64,000 nt of DNA from Vulcanimicrobiota bacterium (GCA_963833095.1 CAWHWQ010000001.1:832001-896000); one strand, 5' to 3'; counted from the first letter of the stretch, positions 30,891 through 40,714 are shown. The notes: a model not told the origin generated them from the letters alone. Numbers and translations: made by a program.

Positions 30891-32895
30891 GGCGGTAAAT
30901 CCAGATCGCGAGGATGCCGATGATCGCACCGATCACCAAACCGTTGCCGGTTCGCTGAAGCGAGATCGTGATCGGCGTGTGCAAATGCGAATAGGTGTCG
31001 AGCACGTCGCCGATGCCGACTCCGGCGCCAAGCGCCAAGAGCCATCCCGCCATGCGTCGATGCGCAAGCGTGAGCGCAGGCAAGAGCATCAGCGCGGGGA
31101 AGCCGATGAGAAACTCCTTGAATCGCGGGCGAACGCTGAGTATGACGGTCAAGACGTGCCGCAACGCCAACTCGAAGTGCGACGGAGCGATGTCGCTGTC
31201 ATTCCCGCTGCGCATGAGCAGCAACACACCGGCAGCCACGATCGCAATACCAATGAAGAGCTGATAGACGCGTATCGGAGCGGCTAGCACGTCCGAGGGC
31301 CGTTCGATGCCGGAGTTGAAACGCCGGTCGAAGAGATAGAGCACAAGCGCGATGAGCGGGGGCAACGCGAGCACGAGGCGCACGCCGCGGAAACGTTCGA
31401 TTTCTTCCATCGTCAGCGGCGAGCTCATCACCCCAACGATGACTAGCGCGCCGACCAGCGTTACGCCCAGCGCGAGCAGCGTCCAGCCTAAACTCCGCAC
31501 CAGCTGATCCGAAAAGCGCGGCGCCGGTTCTTCGCTACAGGCCTTGGCGATCGAAAGAAACGCCGCGGTAGCAAAGAGCAGCGCGCCCACGAGCGCGATC
31601 ACCGATCTTGCAAAGATGTCGTGGTGACTGAGGACTCCGGCCAGATAGAGGAGCACCGTTGCGCCGTAGGCGGCCGTTGCGAGCCACAGACGATACCATC
31701 CAAACACTCCAAGGAGCAGGACGAAGATCGAGGGGACCGCGAGCGCCGCAATGCCGACCAGGATGCGATTGTTCCCGCGATATTGCGGAATAGGCGTCGC
31801 GCGGCCCAGCTTAAACCCGTGGCCTTTGAGTTGGTCGGCGATCTCCTTGACCATCTCGACGTTCGTCGCTTCGATCGAAAGACTGCCGTCTTGATGCGCC
31901 CATGGCCGCAGATACACCACGCGAATGTTTCGTTCGCGCACACCGAGCACGTAGCGCGCCACCACGTCGTCAAGCGTAATCTTATCGAGTTCGGTTTTGG
32001 CGATCGCTTGAACGCGCACCGTCTGACCCTCGATCGCCTTAGCCAGCGTGTCGTTACCCTTCTGGATCTGGCTGTCGTCGTACGTTTCGATCATCCCGAA
32101 GTTGAACGGTGCGCCTCTGTGCTTGACCGCCTCCGCATTGTGCTCCCGAAACACCGCCGCCGCATCTTCTAGATGATCGGGATATCCGAAGACCTGATTG
32201 CGCAAGCCAAAGAAGATCACGGTGGAAACCTTGCGGTCCTGCGTCAGCACGCCGTTGAACGCGTTCTCCATCTGCGGCTGCGCGTAACGCTCGTCGTTTT
32301 GGAAGCGCGGAACAAGAAGCAGACCTAGACGTTTTGCAAGCGCAATCTGATCCGAGGGAATGCCCAGCGCCGTCGCGTTGAAGTAGTCGATCTGCGTGCG
32401 CACTTCGAGTATCCACGGTTTGGAGGCGCGCAGCACGCGCACCGTCTTGCGTTCGAAGTGCAATGCAAGTTGTTGCTTGTACCGTGCATATTCCGCCGGA
32501 TCGTCAATGATCAAGTACACGGCGTCGCGCGCGATGTGATTCGAGCGCACCAGCGACTCGAGCAACGGATCGGAAAGCGGTGAGATGCGCGCTTGATTGA
32601 GCAGCGCCGCCCCGGTGGTCGCATAGGCGCGGCCGTTGTCGCCGACGTTCGCCCCCAGTTCCTCGGTCAATGCAAGTGAGGTGAGGCCGGCGCGGCGCAG
32701 CGCGATCAGGAAGGCCGCCGGATTGTAGTTGTACGAGCGCGCGAGTTGGATGAAATCGGTATAGTCCATGGCAATCTCCACCCGCCGAGTCTGGGACTCG
32801 GTGTGGACCCGAAAGACGGCCACGGCAAGCGACGCGAGCAGCGCTATGAGCAAGATCAGCGCGGCATAGCGCGTTTTGGTATGAGGACGAATCAC
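30853..32895 (-). CDS. DUF5693-family membrane protein
   Basis: N-terminal TM, large extracytoplasmic domain (ERNIRV), C-terminal TMs with FRGV, RPRFKEFLIGFP, HLHTP; upstream of csaB. Confidence 0.8.
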   Translation of the reverse strand: MIRPHTKTRYAALILLIALLASLAVAVFRVHTESQTRRVEIAMDYTDFIQLARSYNYNPAAFLIALRRAGLTSLALTEELGANVGDNGRAYATTGAALLNQARISPLSDPLLESLVRSNHIARDAVYLIIDDPAEYARYKQQLALHFERKTVRVLRASKPWILEVRTQIDYFNATALGIPSDQIALAKRLGLLLVPRFQNDERYAQPQMENAFNGVLTQDRKVSTVIFFGLRNQVFGYPDHLEDAAAVFREHNAEAVKHRGAPFNFGMIETYDDSQIQKGNDTLAKAIEGQTVRVQAIAKTELDKITLDDVVARYVLGVRERNIRVVYLRPWAHQDGSLSIEATNVEMVKEIADQLKGHGFKLGRATPIPQYRGNNRILVGIAALAVPSIFVLLLGVFGWYRLWLATAAYGATVLLYLAGVLSHHDIFARSVIALVGALLFATAAFLSIAKACSEEPAPRFSDQLVRSLGWTLLALGVTLVGALVIVGVMSSPLTMEEIERFRGVRLVLALPPLIALVLYLFDRRFNSGIERPSDVLAAPIRVYQLFIGIAIVAAGVLLLMRSGNDSDIAPSHFELALRHVLTVILSVRPRFKEFLIGFPALMLLPALTLAHRRMAGWLLALGAGVGIGDVLDTYSHLHTPITISLQRTGNGLVIGAIIGILAIWIYRRACIAFGLLRVR

Positions 32896-32935
32896 GGGGG
32901 AGGGGTGTTCGCGCTGTGGGTGCGTCTACCCCCAC

Positions 32936-32968
32936 AAAACATAAGGGCTCGCGTAGCGAGCCCTTATG
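32936..32968 (-). terminator. Intrinsic terminator
   Basis: Perfect 13-bp stem cataagggctcgc/gcgagcccttatg followed by TTTT on the minus strand. Confidence 0.75.
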
Positions 32969-33080
32969 CCGTCGCGTATGCGGTTGCCCGCATACCGGGT
33001 GTGGGCGACGTCTTTATACGGATCGGCTCACAGCGAAATGCCCACGTCTTCTAAACGCTGCGGCGATAATAACTCCGTGA
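32936..33080 (-). ncRNA. Candidate structured ncRNA or cis-regulatory leader (family unknown)
   Basis: Extended -10 TG-A-TAGAGT at 33093-33085; closing helix 33069-33055/32977-32964; helix gtgggc/gcccac; hairpin gtatgcgg-GCAA-ccgcatac; terminator. Confidence 0.5.
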
Positions 33081-33141
33081 CTACACTCTATCAAACCCGG
33101 ACCGTCCGCGAAAGCAGTCGGCTCATTTTTTTACACGCTTG

Positions 33142-33921
33142 TCAGACAGGCCAGTGAGGCGCCCGCTTGCCCAGAAAGGCCGCCATGCCTTCCTGCGCAT
33201 CCTCCAACTGGGCATTTGCGACCATGACGCCCTTTGCGTAGGCGTAGGCGGAGGACTCGTCCAGTTCCGCTTGCCGGTAAAAGGCCTCCTTCCCCAGTCC
33301 TACAACCGTCCGGCTGGCGCCGGCGATCTTCGCTGCCAGCGCTCGGGAGGTGGCCCGCAACTCGCCTGGGTCGACGACCGCGTTGACCAGACCCCAGGCT
33401 AGGGCCGTAGGCGCATCGATCGGCTCGCCGGTGAGCAGCATCTGGAAGGCGCGCTTACGGCCGATATTGCGGCTAAGCGCGACCATCGGCGTGCTGCAAA
33501 AGAGACCGATCTTTACGCCCGGCGTCGCAAATCGCGCATCGGTGGAGGCAACCGCAAGATCGCAGGCGGCCACGAGCTGGCAGCCGGCGGCGGTTGCGAG
33601 CGCGGCAACCTCGGCAATCACCGGCTGAGGAATCCCGGCAATCGTGGCCATCAGGGCAACGCATTGGTCGAAGATTTCGACGTACGCCGCTTCATCGCGA
33701 TCGCGCAACTCGCGCAAGTCGTGACCCGCAGAAAATGCAGGCCCTTCGCCCGCGAGAATGATCGCGCGCACCGAACGGTCGGCGCCAAGCTCCCCCAGGG
33801 CAGCGTCGAGTTCACGCATCATGGCAAGAGACAGCGCATTGCGCCGCTCCGGCCGGCGCATCGTAACGATCGCCGCCTCACCGTCCCGCTCAATGGTGAT
33901 CTCGGTCAACGCTTCAATCAT
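33142..33921 (-). CDS. Enoyl-CoA hydratase/isomerase family protein
   Basis: RRNALS, AFSAGHDL, ATAAGCQLVAACDL, FATPGVKIGLFC. Confidence 0.92.
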   Translation of the reverse strand: MIEALTEITIERDGEAAIVTMRRPERRNALSLAMMRELDAALGELGADRSVRAIILAGEGPAFSAGHDLRELRDRDEAAYVEIFDQCVALMATIAGIPQPVIAEVAALATAAGCQLVAACDLAVASTDARFATPGVKIGLFCSTPMVALSRNIGRKRAFQMLLTGEPIDAPTALAWGLVNAVVDPGELRATSRALAAKIAGASRTVVGLGKEAFYRQAELDESSAYAYAKGVMVANAQLEDAQEGMAAFLGKRAPHWPV

Positions 33922-33967
33922 GATATTGCGCCCCTTTACACCGAATTTACGTTTTCCGATTCACTTC

Positions 33968-34049
33968 TCCGCCAGCGCAGTTTTAGGAGGCGAGCCCCGC
34001 CGTGTGCTTGGCACTCAAGGGGCGAGCCGACGACAAAATGCGCGGCGGA
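33968..34049. repeat. 82-bp imperfect rod-like inverted repeat next to the tRNA 3' end
   Basis: Nested pairings tccgcc/ggcgga, gcgca/tgcgc, tttt/aaaa, gcccc/ggggc, gtgc/gcac. Confidence 0.55.
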
Positions 34050-34051
34050 AA

Positions 34052-34124
34052 TGGGCGATGCAGGGTTCGAACCTGCGACCTTTGCCTTGTAAGGGCACTG
34101 CTCTCCCAGCTGAGCTAATCGCCC
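34052..34124 (-). tRNA. tRNA-Val(TAC), CCA not encoded
   Basis: GGGCGAT-TAGCTCAGCTGGGAGAGC...CT-TAC-AA...GGTTCGAACCC...ATCGCCC-A cloverleaf. Confidence 0.97.
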
Positions 34125-34190
34125 GCAACCTGCGGCACGCTTGGCGGCCCGGACGCGATCTTCTTCTACGCGAAGCACGTCTTCGGCCTC

Positions 34191-34217
34191 GTTTGTCCAC
34201 TTCGAGTGCGAGGGTAT
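34191..34217 (+). promoter_or_regulatory. SigB/SigF-type promoter candidate
   Basis: GTTT-N17-GGGTAT ending 10 nt before the RsbW-like ATG. Confidence 0.5.
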
Positions 34218-34227
34218 AGCGCCACTA

Positions 34228-34632
34228 ATGACACCGAATTTTCGAGCGACGTTTAGCGGCGAACGCAGGAACGTCCCACTCGCTCGGAACGCTATCGCGG
34301 GCTTTGCCCGGATCTGCGGCTTCTCGAGCGAAGAGATCGCCGACATCCGGATTGCTTCGGGCGAGGCGCTTAGCAACGCCGTCGAGCATGGGTTCAGCCA
34401 CCGCTCGAGCGGCTTTTCGGTGCGCTGTTCGTTCGACGATGACGAGAAGCTCACGATCGAGGTTCGCGACAACGGCGACGGGTTTCTTCCGCCGAGCGTG
34501 CTTGTCCCCGCGGCGACGGAAGAACCGGACGATCGCGGCTTCGGCATTCTGCTGATGCGCCGCCTGATGGACGGCGTGCAGTTTGACCGCAACGGAACGT
34601 GCGTGCGCTTAACGCGCCATAAAGCAGGCTGA
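34228..34632 (+). CDS. RsbW/SpoIIAB-like anti-sigma factor kinase (HATPase_c_2)
   Basis: IASGEALSNAVEHG, VRDNGDGF, RGFGILLMRRLMD. Confidence 0.9.
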   Translation: MTPNFRATFSGERRNVPLARNAIAGFARICGFSSEEIADIRIASGEALSNAVEHGFSHRSSGFSVRCSFDDDEKLTIEVRDNGDGFLPPSVLVPAATEEPDDRGFGILLMRRLMDGVQFDRNGTCVRLTRHKAG

Positions 34633-34642
34633 CGTACCTCGC

Positions 34643-35986
34643 TTAGGGTGTGCGTACCGCGGCGATCTTTTTCTGCAAGAAATCGAGCGCCGCGCGCAGT
34701 TGCGGATCTTTGAGGGGATCGCCGAAGCGGGCGTCGTGCGGTTCGGCCACCGCAAGATCCGGCGCGATACCCTTGAGATTGATATCGTGGTGATTCGGCG
34801 TGAGATAGTGGGCAGTCGTGATCTTGATTGCAGCGCCGTCGGCAAGCGGTGTGAGCGTCTGCATCACGCCTTTCCCGAACGTGCGCGTTCCAATGAGCGA
34901 CGCGATGCCGTCATCTTGAAGTGCGCCTGCGGTAATCTCGGAAGCCGAAGCCGTATATTCGTTGACGAGCACGGTCACCGGAATATCGACTTGCACGCCG
35001 TCGTCGTCGGCGGTGACGGTCGTGTCCGGGCTGCCCCGCTCTTCGACCGTTAGCAACGGCTTGTGCGCGATGAAGCGCTCGCTAATCTGCAACGCCGACT
35101 CTACGTAGCCGCCACCGTCGTTGCGAAGATCCAGAACGAGAGCCTTGGCGCCGGCGGCTTTGACCCGCGCGATCGCTGCATCAAATTCATCCGGCGTGCT
35201 CTGTCCGAACGCGAGAACGTAGACGTAACCAATCGAGCCCGGAAGCATCTTATAGACGACCGTCGGCGGCGTGAGATCGCTACGTGTAATGGCGACATCG
35301 AGCGGCGCGCTCGATCGCACGATTCCCAAGCGCACCGAAGTGCCCGGCTTGCCGCGCAACACCTTGCTCGCAGCTTCCGTCGTAAAGCCCTTCGTCGACT
35401 GCCCGTCGATGGTGGCGATCGCGTCGCCGGGTTGGAGTCCGGCCCGGTCGGCCGGCGTACCCGGAACCACGTACGAGACGTCGATCAAGCCGGTGGTTTC
35501 GTCGGGCGCGATCAACACGCCGATGCCGGAAATTTTCTCTGGGTCGAGCGCGTCCTTGAACGCCTTGTATTCATCCGGCGTCATAAACTGCGTATACCGA
35601 TCGTCAACGGCCTTTGCCATGGCACCGATGGCCGCGTACGCGAACTCTGTCGTCGAACCGTGCGTCGCCGCGGACGCATCTGCAATCGCGCTGTCGAGCG
35701 CTGCGACGGTTCCCGAGGCATCCACACTGACGCGAATCGGCGCGAGCTCGATTTTCGATCCGTGTTTACGCGCGAGATCCACGAGCGCGTCGTGCGCCTT
35801 GTCGACCAGCGTCTGCGGATCGACCGGGCGAAAGTACGAGGTCGAAAGCAGGTGGTAGCTCTCGCTCACGTCTTGCGCGGTCGTCGCGGGGAGAGGCGCA
35901 GAAGCCGACGCCGGCAAGACGGCAGCAAAACACAGGGCAAAGGCGCTGACTGCGGCGCGCACGCGAGAGGTAAAAGGCACGTTCAA
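34643..35986 (-). CDS. ctpA: S41 carboxy-terminal processing protease with PDZ domain
   Basis: GIGV, PADRAGLQPGD, LDLRNDGGG, TASASEI, TFGKG. Confidence 0.93.
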   Translation of the reverse strand: MNVPFTSRVRAAVSAFALCFAAVLPASASAPLPATTAQDVSESYHLLSTSYFRPVDPQTLVDKAHDALVDLARKHGSKIELAPIRVSVDASGTVAALDSAIADASAATHGSTTEFAYAAIGAMAKAVDDRYTQFMTPDEYKAFKDALDPEKISGIGVLIAPDETTGLIDVSYVVPGTPADRAGLQPGDAIATIDGQSTKGFTTEAASKVLRGKPGTSVRLGIVRSSAPLDVAITRSDLTPPTVVYKMLPGSIGYVYVLAFGQSTPDEFDAAIARVKAAGAKALVLDLRNDGGGYVESALQISERFIAHKPLLTVEERGSPDTTVTADDDGVQVDIPVTVLVNEYTASASEITAGALQDDGIASLIGTRTFGKGVMQTLTPLADGAAIKITTAHYLTPNHHDINLKGIAPDLAVAEPHDARFGDPLKDPQLRAALDFLQKKIAAVRTP

Positions 35987-36157
35987 TACCGGATCCTTAA
36001 TTTTGGAGGTAGTCGCTTCTGTGGATACTATGGCGTAGTGGAATTGATCTTATCTGAGAACGGCCGCCTCTGCTTCAACCTTGTTCCATATTTGAAAGTC
36101 TTTTAACTTTGTACCGCAAAGTATCCTTTGGCGTTGATCCGGGTTAGGGAGCTTGGA

Positions 36158-38236
36158 ATGAGCATCACCGAACTCGAGATCCGTGGGATGACCTGCGCAT
36201 CCTGCGCGGCCCAGGTCAGCCGGGCCCTGCGCGGGGTACCCGGCGTCGAGGATGCTGCCGTCAACTTCGCGACCGAGCGAGCGACCGTGCAGCACGAAGC
36301 CTCGGTTGACCCCCGCGTCATGATTACGGCGGTGGAGCTGGCCGGCTACGCGGCCAGCACCGAGCTCGACCCGGATCAGCAGGCTGCCGACCGGCAGACC
36401 GCCATGGCGCAGCGCGCCCGGCTGCTGGCGATGGCGGTAGCGCTCTGCGTCCCGACCGTGGCCCTCGCGATGTTCGCGCCGGACTTTCCCTTCAAGGCGT
36501 GGGTCTTGGCGGCGCTAGCGTTTCCCGTCTGGGCGGTCGTTGGTTGGGACTTCCATCGCAGCGCCTTTGACGCGCTGCGCGCGGGCAACGTCACCATGGA
36601 CACGCTGATCTCGCTGGGATCAAGCGCGGCCTACACCTTGAGTATCTACGGCGCGCTCACCGGAGGCGCGACCTACTTCGAAACGGCGAGCGCGATCGTC
36701 ACGCTGATCTACGCGGGCAAATATCTCGAGGCGCGGGCGAGCGTACGCAGCTCCGCGGCGATGCGCGCGCTGCTCGAATTACGGCCCGCGCTTGCGCACC
36801 GTCGCAAAGCCGACGGTAGCATCGAAGAAGTGCCGGTCGAACTCGTGCGTGTCGACGATCGCCTCACCGTCGCGGCCGGCGAGCGCATTCCGGTCGACGG
36901 CGTTATCCTCGAGGGAACGAGCACGATCGATCGCGCGATGCTCACCGGCGAATCCATGCCGCTCGACGCGCAACCCGGGTCGGCGCTCGAGCAAGGCACG
37001 CTCAACGGCGACGGTGCGCTATTGATGCGCGCGACCGCAGTCGGCGCCGGAACGCAACTTGCCCGCATCGTCGAGATCGTGCGACGGGCTCAGGGCTCGA
37101 CCCCGCCGGTGCAGCGACTCGCCGATCGCATCTCGGCGATTTTTGTACCCGCGATCATTACGATCGCGTTATTCACCTTTGCGGGCTGGTTTTTCATCGC
37201 GCATCGCAGCGTGAGCGACGCAATCGTCATCGCAGTTGCCGTGCTGGTCGTCGCCTGCCCGTGCGCACTGGGTCTGGCAACGCCGACCGCAATCATCGCC
37301 GGCGTCGGCGTCGCCGCAAAGGCAGGCGTGCTCTTCAAGGATGCCGATGCACTCGAACGCGCGGCCTCGGTTACGATCGTCCTCTTCGATAAGACCGGTA
37401 CGCTCACGCGCGGGGAACCTTCCGTCGTCGGAGTGAGTTCTGACGAAACGCTTGCGCTCGCGGCATCGCTCGAATCGGCCTCGACGCATCCGCTCGCAAA
37501 GGCGATCGTCGATGCGGCCCGCGCGCGTTCTTTGTCCGTCGACACGCCGCGCAACGTGCAGGTCGTGCGCGGGAGCGGCATCAGCGGTAGCGTCGGCGAG
37601 CATCGTGTCGCGATTAACGGCGCGCAAGGCGGTGACGCGACGCGCGTGCTCGTCACCAGCGACGGCCACGCAGTCGGGACGATCGATCTGCAGGACGCGC
37701 TTCGTCCCGAGTCGGTGCAAGCCGTGCGCGACTTGCGCGCACTGGGCGTCGAGATCGCGCTCGTCAGCGGTGACACCGACGGCCCGGTGCGGGCGGCGGC
37801 GGCGGGCGCTGGAATCGAGCGTCATTACGCGCGCACGTCGCCCGAGCGTAAGGCCGAGATCGTACGCGAACTGCAGTCGCAAGGTCAGCGCGTCGCGTTC
37901 GCGGGCGACGGCATCAATGACGCACCTGCGCTGGCGGTCGCCGAGATCGGATTCGCGATGGGCGGCGGCTCCGCCGTCGCGCTGGAAACCGCGGGCGCGG
38001 CGTTGCTGCGCAACGACCCGCGCGCGGTGGCGTCCGCAATAGCGGTCGCACGCGCGACGATGCGCACCGTCGCACAGAATCTTTTCTGGGCCTTCGGCTA
38101 CAACGTCGTGCTGGTGCCGCTTGCGGCCTTCGGCATCGTGCAGCCTGTCCTTGCGGCCGGCGCGATGGGCCTCTCGAGCCTCTTCGTCGTCGGAAACTCG
38201 CTGCGCCTAACGCGACGCTCGACGATCCGCGAGTGA
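36158..38236 (+). CDS. copA: P1B-1 Cu(I)-translocating ATPase
   Basis: GMTCASC, TGES, CPCALG, DKTGT, HP, GDGINDAP, YN and MxxSS TM ligands. Confidence 0.9.
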   Translation: MSITELEIRGMTCASCAAQVSRALRGVPGVEDAAVNFATERATVQHEASVDPRVMITAVELAGYAASTELDPDQQAADRQTAMAQRARLLAMAVALCVPTVALAMFAPDFPFKAWVLAALAFPVWAVVGWDFHRSAFDALRAGNVTMDTLISLGSSAAYTLSIYGALTGGATYFETASAIVTLIYAGKYLEARASVRSSAAMRALLELRPALAHRRKADGSIEEVPVELVRVDDRLTVAAGERIPVDGVILEGTSTIDRAMLTGESMPLDAQPGSALEQGTLNGDGALLMRATAVGAGTQLARIVEIVRRAQGSTPPVQRLADRISAIFVPAIITIALFTFAGWFFIAHRSVSDAIVIAVAVLVVACPCALGLATPTAIIAGVGVAAKAGVLFKDADALERAASVTIVLFDKTGTLTRGEPSVVGVSSDETLALAASLESASTHPLAKAIVDAARARSLSVDTPRNVQVVRGSGISGSVGEHRVAINGAQGGDATRVLVTSDGHAVGTIDLQDALRPESVQAVRDLRALGVEIALVSGDTDGPVRAAAAGAGIERHYARTSPERKAEIVRELQSQGQRVAFAGDGINDAPALAVAEIGFAMGGGSAVALETAGAALLRNDPRAVASAIAVARATMRTVAQNLFWAFGYNVVLVPLAAFGIVQPVLAAGAMGLSSLFVVGNSLRLTRRSTIRE

Positions 38237-39088
38237 AAGTGCCACGAGGCCGCTAACAATCAGCACCATGCCGATCGCGGAGAGGCGTGTCGGTGCTTCA
38301 CCGAGTTGCAGCCATGCCGCCAGCGTCCCCACGACCGGATTGGCAAGCGTACCCATTCCCGCATCGCGTGCCGGTAAGACGTCGAGCACGTAAATCCAAA
38401 GCACGTAGGCAAGCGCCGTTGCAAGGATGATGTTATAGGTAATTGCAAGCACGTACGGTGTGTTCCACGTCGTCGCGTGTCCGGGCGCCAGAACTGCGAC
38501 GATTGCGAGCACCAGCCCACCGAAGAGCATCTGCCACATCGTCATTCCGAACAGATCGACGTTCGCGCGCTGCTGCAAGCGCTTGGTCAAAATAATTCCG
38601 ATCGCCCAGGCGAAACCGCCGATCACGGCAAGCCCTTCGGCAAGTCCAACCGAGCGCAGCGGCCCAATCATGCATGCGATTCCGGCGACCGCAACCGCAA
38701 TCGCAACGCCCTGCCGCGGGCCGAAGCGCTCGCCGAGGAACGGCCAGGCGAGAAGCGCTACCCAAAGCGGCATCGTATACGCCAGCATCGCTACTTGCCC
38801 GGCGCCCGCGCTCACCACGGCCCACGTCACCAAGCCGACGAAACACGCGGTCTGAAAGAACCCGATCAAAAAAAACGCTGCGGGAAATTGCGGCCGCAGC
38901 GGCTTGCGCAGCACCAGCGCGGTAGCAACCAGGGCAATCCCTCCGCCCAACGTCCGCCACGCCGCAAACGTAAACGGCGAGGCGTCGTGTACGGCGATTT
39001 TCATCACGACCCAGTTGTAGCCCCAAATCAGCGAAAGTACGGCAAGCGCGAGGAGGGCGGAGGCACGGCGGTCACGCACGGCCGGCAC
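38207..39088 (-). CDS. EamA/DMT transporter
   Basis: About 10 TM segments, IWGYNW, FLGER, LGEAP. Confidence 0.88.
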   Translation of the reverse strand: MPAVRDRRASALLALAVLSLIWGYNWVVMKIAVHDASPFTFAAWRTLGGGIALVATALVLRKPLRPQFPAAFFLIGFFQTACFVGLVTWAVVSAGAGQVAMLAYTMPLWVALLAWPFLGERFGPRQGVAIAVAVAGIACMIGPLRSVGLAEGLAVIGGFAWAIGIILTKRLQQRANVDLFGMTMWQMLFGGLVLAIVAVLAPGHATTWNTPYVLAITYNIILATALAYVLWIYVLDVLPARDAGMGTLANPVVGTLAAWLQLGEAPTRLSAIGMVLIVSGLVALSLADRRASR

Positions 39089-40028
39089 GCTGCAACCGAT
39101 CCATGATCGCGATGCCTACGCCTTGCGGCGGAACGCGTTCCGCGTCGATCCGCGCTGCGCCCAGGCAATCGAGTTCGTGAAGATAATCGAACAGATGCGC
39201 GGCGGCTTCGCGTAGATCGCCTCGTTCGCTTAAGACGCGCACGGCGCGATAGCCGGGCACGGGTGCGCGAAAAGCGAGCAACACCGCGTCGGCGCGCTCG
39301 CGCTCCGGCACGTTTTCTGGCACGTCAACGACGCGTACCGGCGTGTGCGGTGCGTAATGCTGCGGCAAGCGCCCCGGCGCGAGCGGCTTATGTTCGTCGG
39401 AAAGCTCGCGTTCGAGCGGGCCAATCATCGCTTCGATCGCGTCGACCGGAATTGCCCCGTGCCGAAGCAGCGTCGGCCGCGGTTCGATCATAACGATCGT
39501 CGACTCGACGCCGTGCTCGGTTGGACCGCCGTCGACGATCAGATCGACACGTTCCCCAAGCATGCGTACCACGTGTTCCGCGCGCGTGGGACTCAAATAT
39601 CCAAACGGATTCGCGCTGGGTGCAGCAAGCGGCAGCGCCGCGCGTTCGATCAGCGCGCGCGCGACCGGGTGCGCCGGCATTCGTACCGCCACGGTGCCCA
39701 GACCCGCGGTGACCAGTTCGGGAATTTGCGAACGCTTGCTCAGCACGATCGTAAGCGGTCCAGGCCAAAAGTGCTCCATCAGCACGCGCGCCTTCTGGGG
39801 AACGTCCTGCGCGACGAGTTCGAGCATATCGTTATCCGAAATGTGAACGATGAGCGGATCGAATGAAGGGCGCGCCTTGATCTCAAAGATGCGCGCGACC
39901 GCGCGCGCGTCTAGTGCGTTTGCGCCAAGGCCATACACGGTCTCGGTCGGAAAGGCAACAACCGCACCGCCGCGTAAAAGCGCGGCGGCACGATCGAGTT
40001 GTTCCGAAGTCGCCGGAACGATCGGCAC
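39072..40028 (-). CDS. sua5: L-threonylcarbamoyladenylate synthase (Sua5 type)
   Basis: AFPTETVYGLGA, KARP..DPLIVH, AAPSAN, C-terminal Sua5 domain (APG...HYAP). Confidence 0.95.
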   Translation of the reverse strand: MPIVPATSEQLDRAAALLRGGAVVAFPTETVYGLGANALDARAVARIFEIKARPSFDPLIVHISDNDMLELVAQDVPQKARVLMEHFWPGPLTIVLSKRSQIPELVTAGLGTVAVRMPAHPVARALIERAALPLAAPSANPFGYLSPTRAEHVVRMLGERVDLIVDGGPTEHGVESTIVMIEPRPTLLRHGAIPVDAIEAMIGPLERELSDEHKPLAPGRLPQHYAPHTPVRVVDVPENVPERERADAVLLAFRAPVPGYRAVRVLSERGDLREAAAHLFDYLHELDCLGAARIDAERVPPQGVGIAIMDRLQRAGRA

Positions 40029-40033
40029 GGAGG

Positions 40034-40594
40034 TTAGTGCGACTGACGCCGCGAGACCGACAAGAGCTCGACCTGGATGTACGATCCCGCCGGCACGTCG
40101 ACGTTCTGGCGATTGTTCTTGGCGAGCAAGAACCCGCCGGCCGCGCCGATCGCTCCGCCCGCGCTGCCGCCGAAAAGTACTTTGCCGATAGCGTTTCCAA
40201 CGAGCATGCCGGCGAGCGCACCGCCAGCTTCCTTGCCAGCGTTGCTCTTCGTCTGCACGTTGACATTCGTAACGCGGCTATCGATCGAGTAACGCGCGCC
40301 GTTGCCATTCACAAGCTCGGTGAAACGAAAGCGGATTTTGCCCGGCGTCCCTTGGCCGGCCTTTTGCACGGCATACACATAGCCGTACATCGTGGCGTTG
40401 CGGACCGAGCCGCTGCCGTCGTCACTCCTTACGTTCGAAACCGTAACGGACTGTCCGGCGTAGGCGTGATTGCTCGAGTAATCGCCATTGATCGTTCCAT
40501 CGAGCAAAGTTCCTTGCGTCAAAGCGGCGCTAGCTGCAAGTGTCGTTGAAAACACAAGTGCGATCAGCGCGGTGATCGTGGTGCGAAGTCGCAT
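40034..40594 (-). CDS. Secreted hypothetical protein with glycine zipper
   Basis: GGAGG RBS, signal peptide, GGALAGMLVG..GGAIGAAGG. Confidence 0.8.
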   Translation of the reverse strand: MRLRTTITALIALVFSTTLAASAALTQGTLLDGTINGDYSSNHAYAGQSVTVSNVRSDDGSGSVRNATMYGYVYAVQKAGQGTPGKIRFRFTELVNGNGARYSIDSRVTNVNVQTKSNAGKEAGGALAGMLVGNAIGKVLFGGSAGGAIGAAGGFLLAKNNRQNVDVPAGSYIQVELLSVSRRQSH

Positions 40595-40675
40595 GCGACA
40601 TCCTCCCTAGGGAATGGGCAAAAAGAGTTCGTTCTATATGCGAACCCTTTACCCAGAATTTGGAAGGATGCCTGT

Positions 40676-40711
40676 CTTACGAAAAGTATGCGAAGCGTAC
40701 TTTATCGTAAG
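40676..40711 (-). terminator. Imperfect hairpin after the small secreted-protein gene
   Basis: cttacgaaaagta...tactttatcgtaag. Confidence 0.4.
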
Positions 40712-40714
40712 GCA

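Noticed and set aside
32936..33090. T-box riboswitch for ileS
   Set aside because: No UGGNACC antiterminator bulge or recognisable Stem I; kept instead as an unassigned RNA
33900..34250. tRNA-Val as an integration site for an island
   Set aside because: No integrase, no duplicated tRNA 3' end seen and no obvious compositional shift
36111..36125. TAC-N6-GTA upstream of copA as a CsoR operator
   Set aside because: Lacks the C/G tracts of typical CsoR sites, and no regulator gene is adjacent
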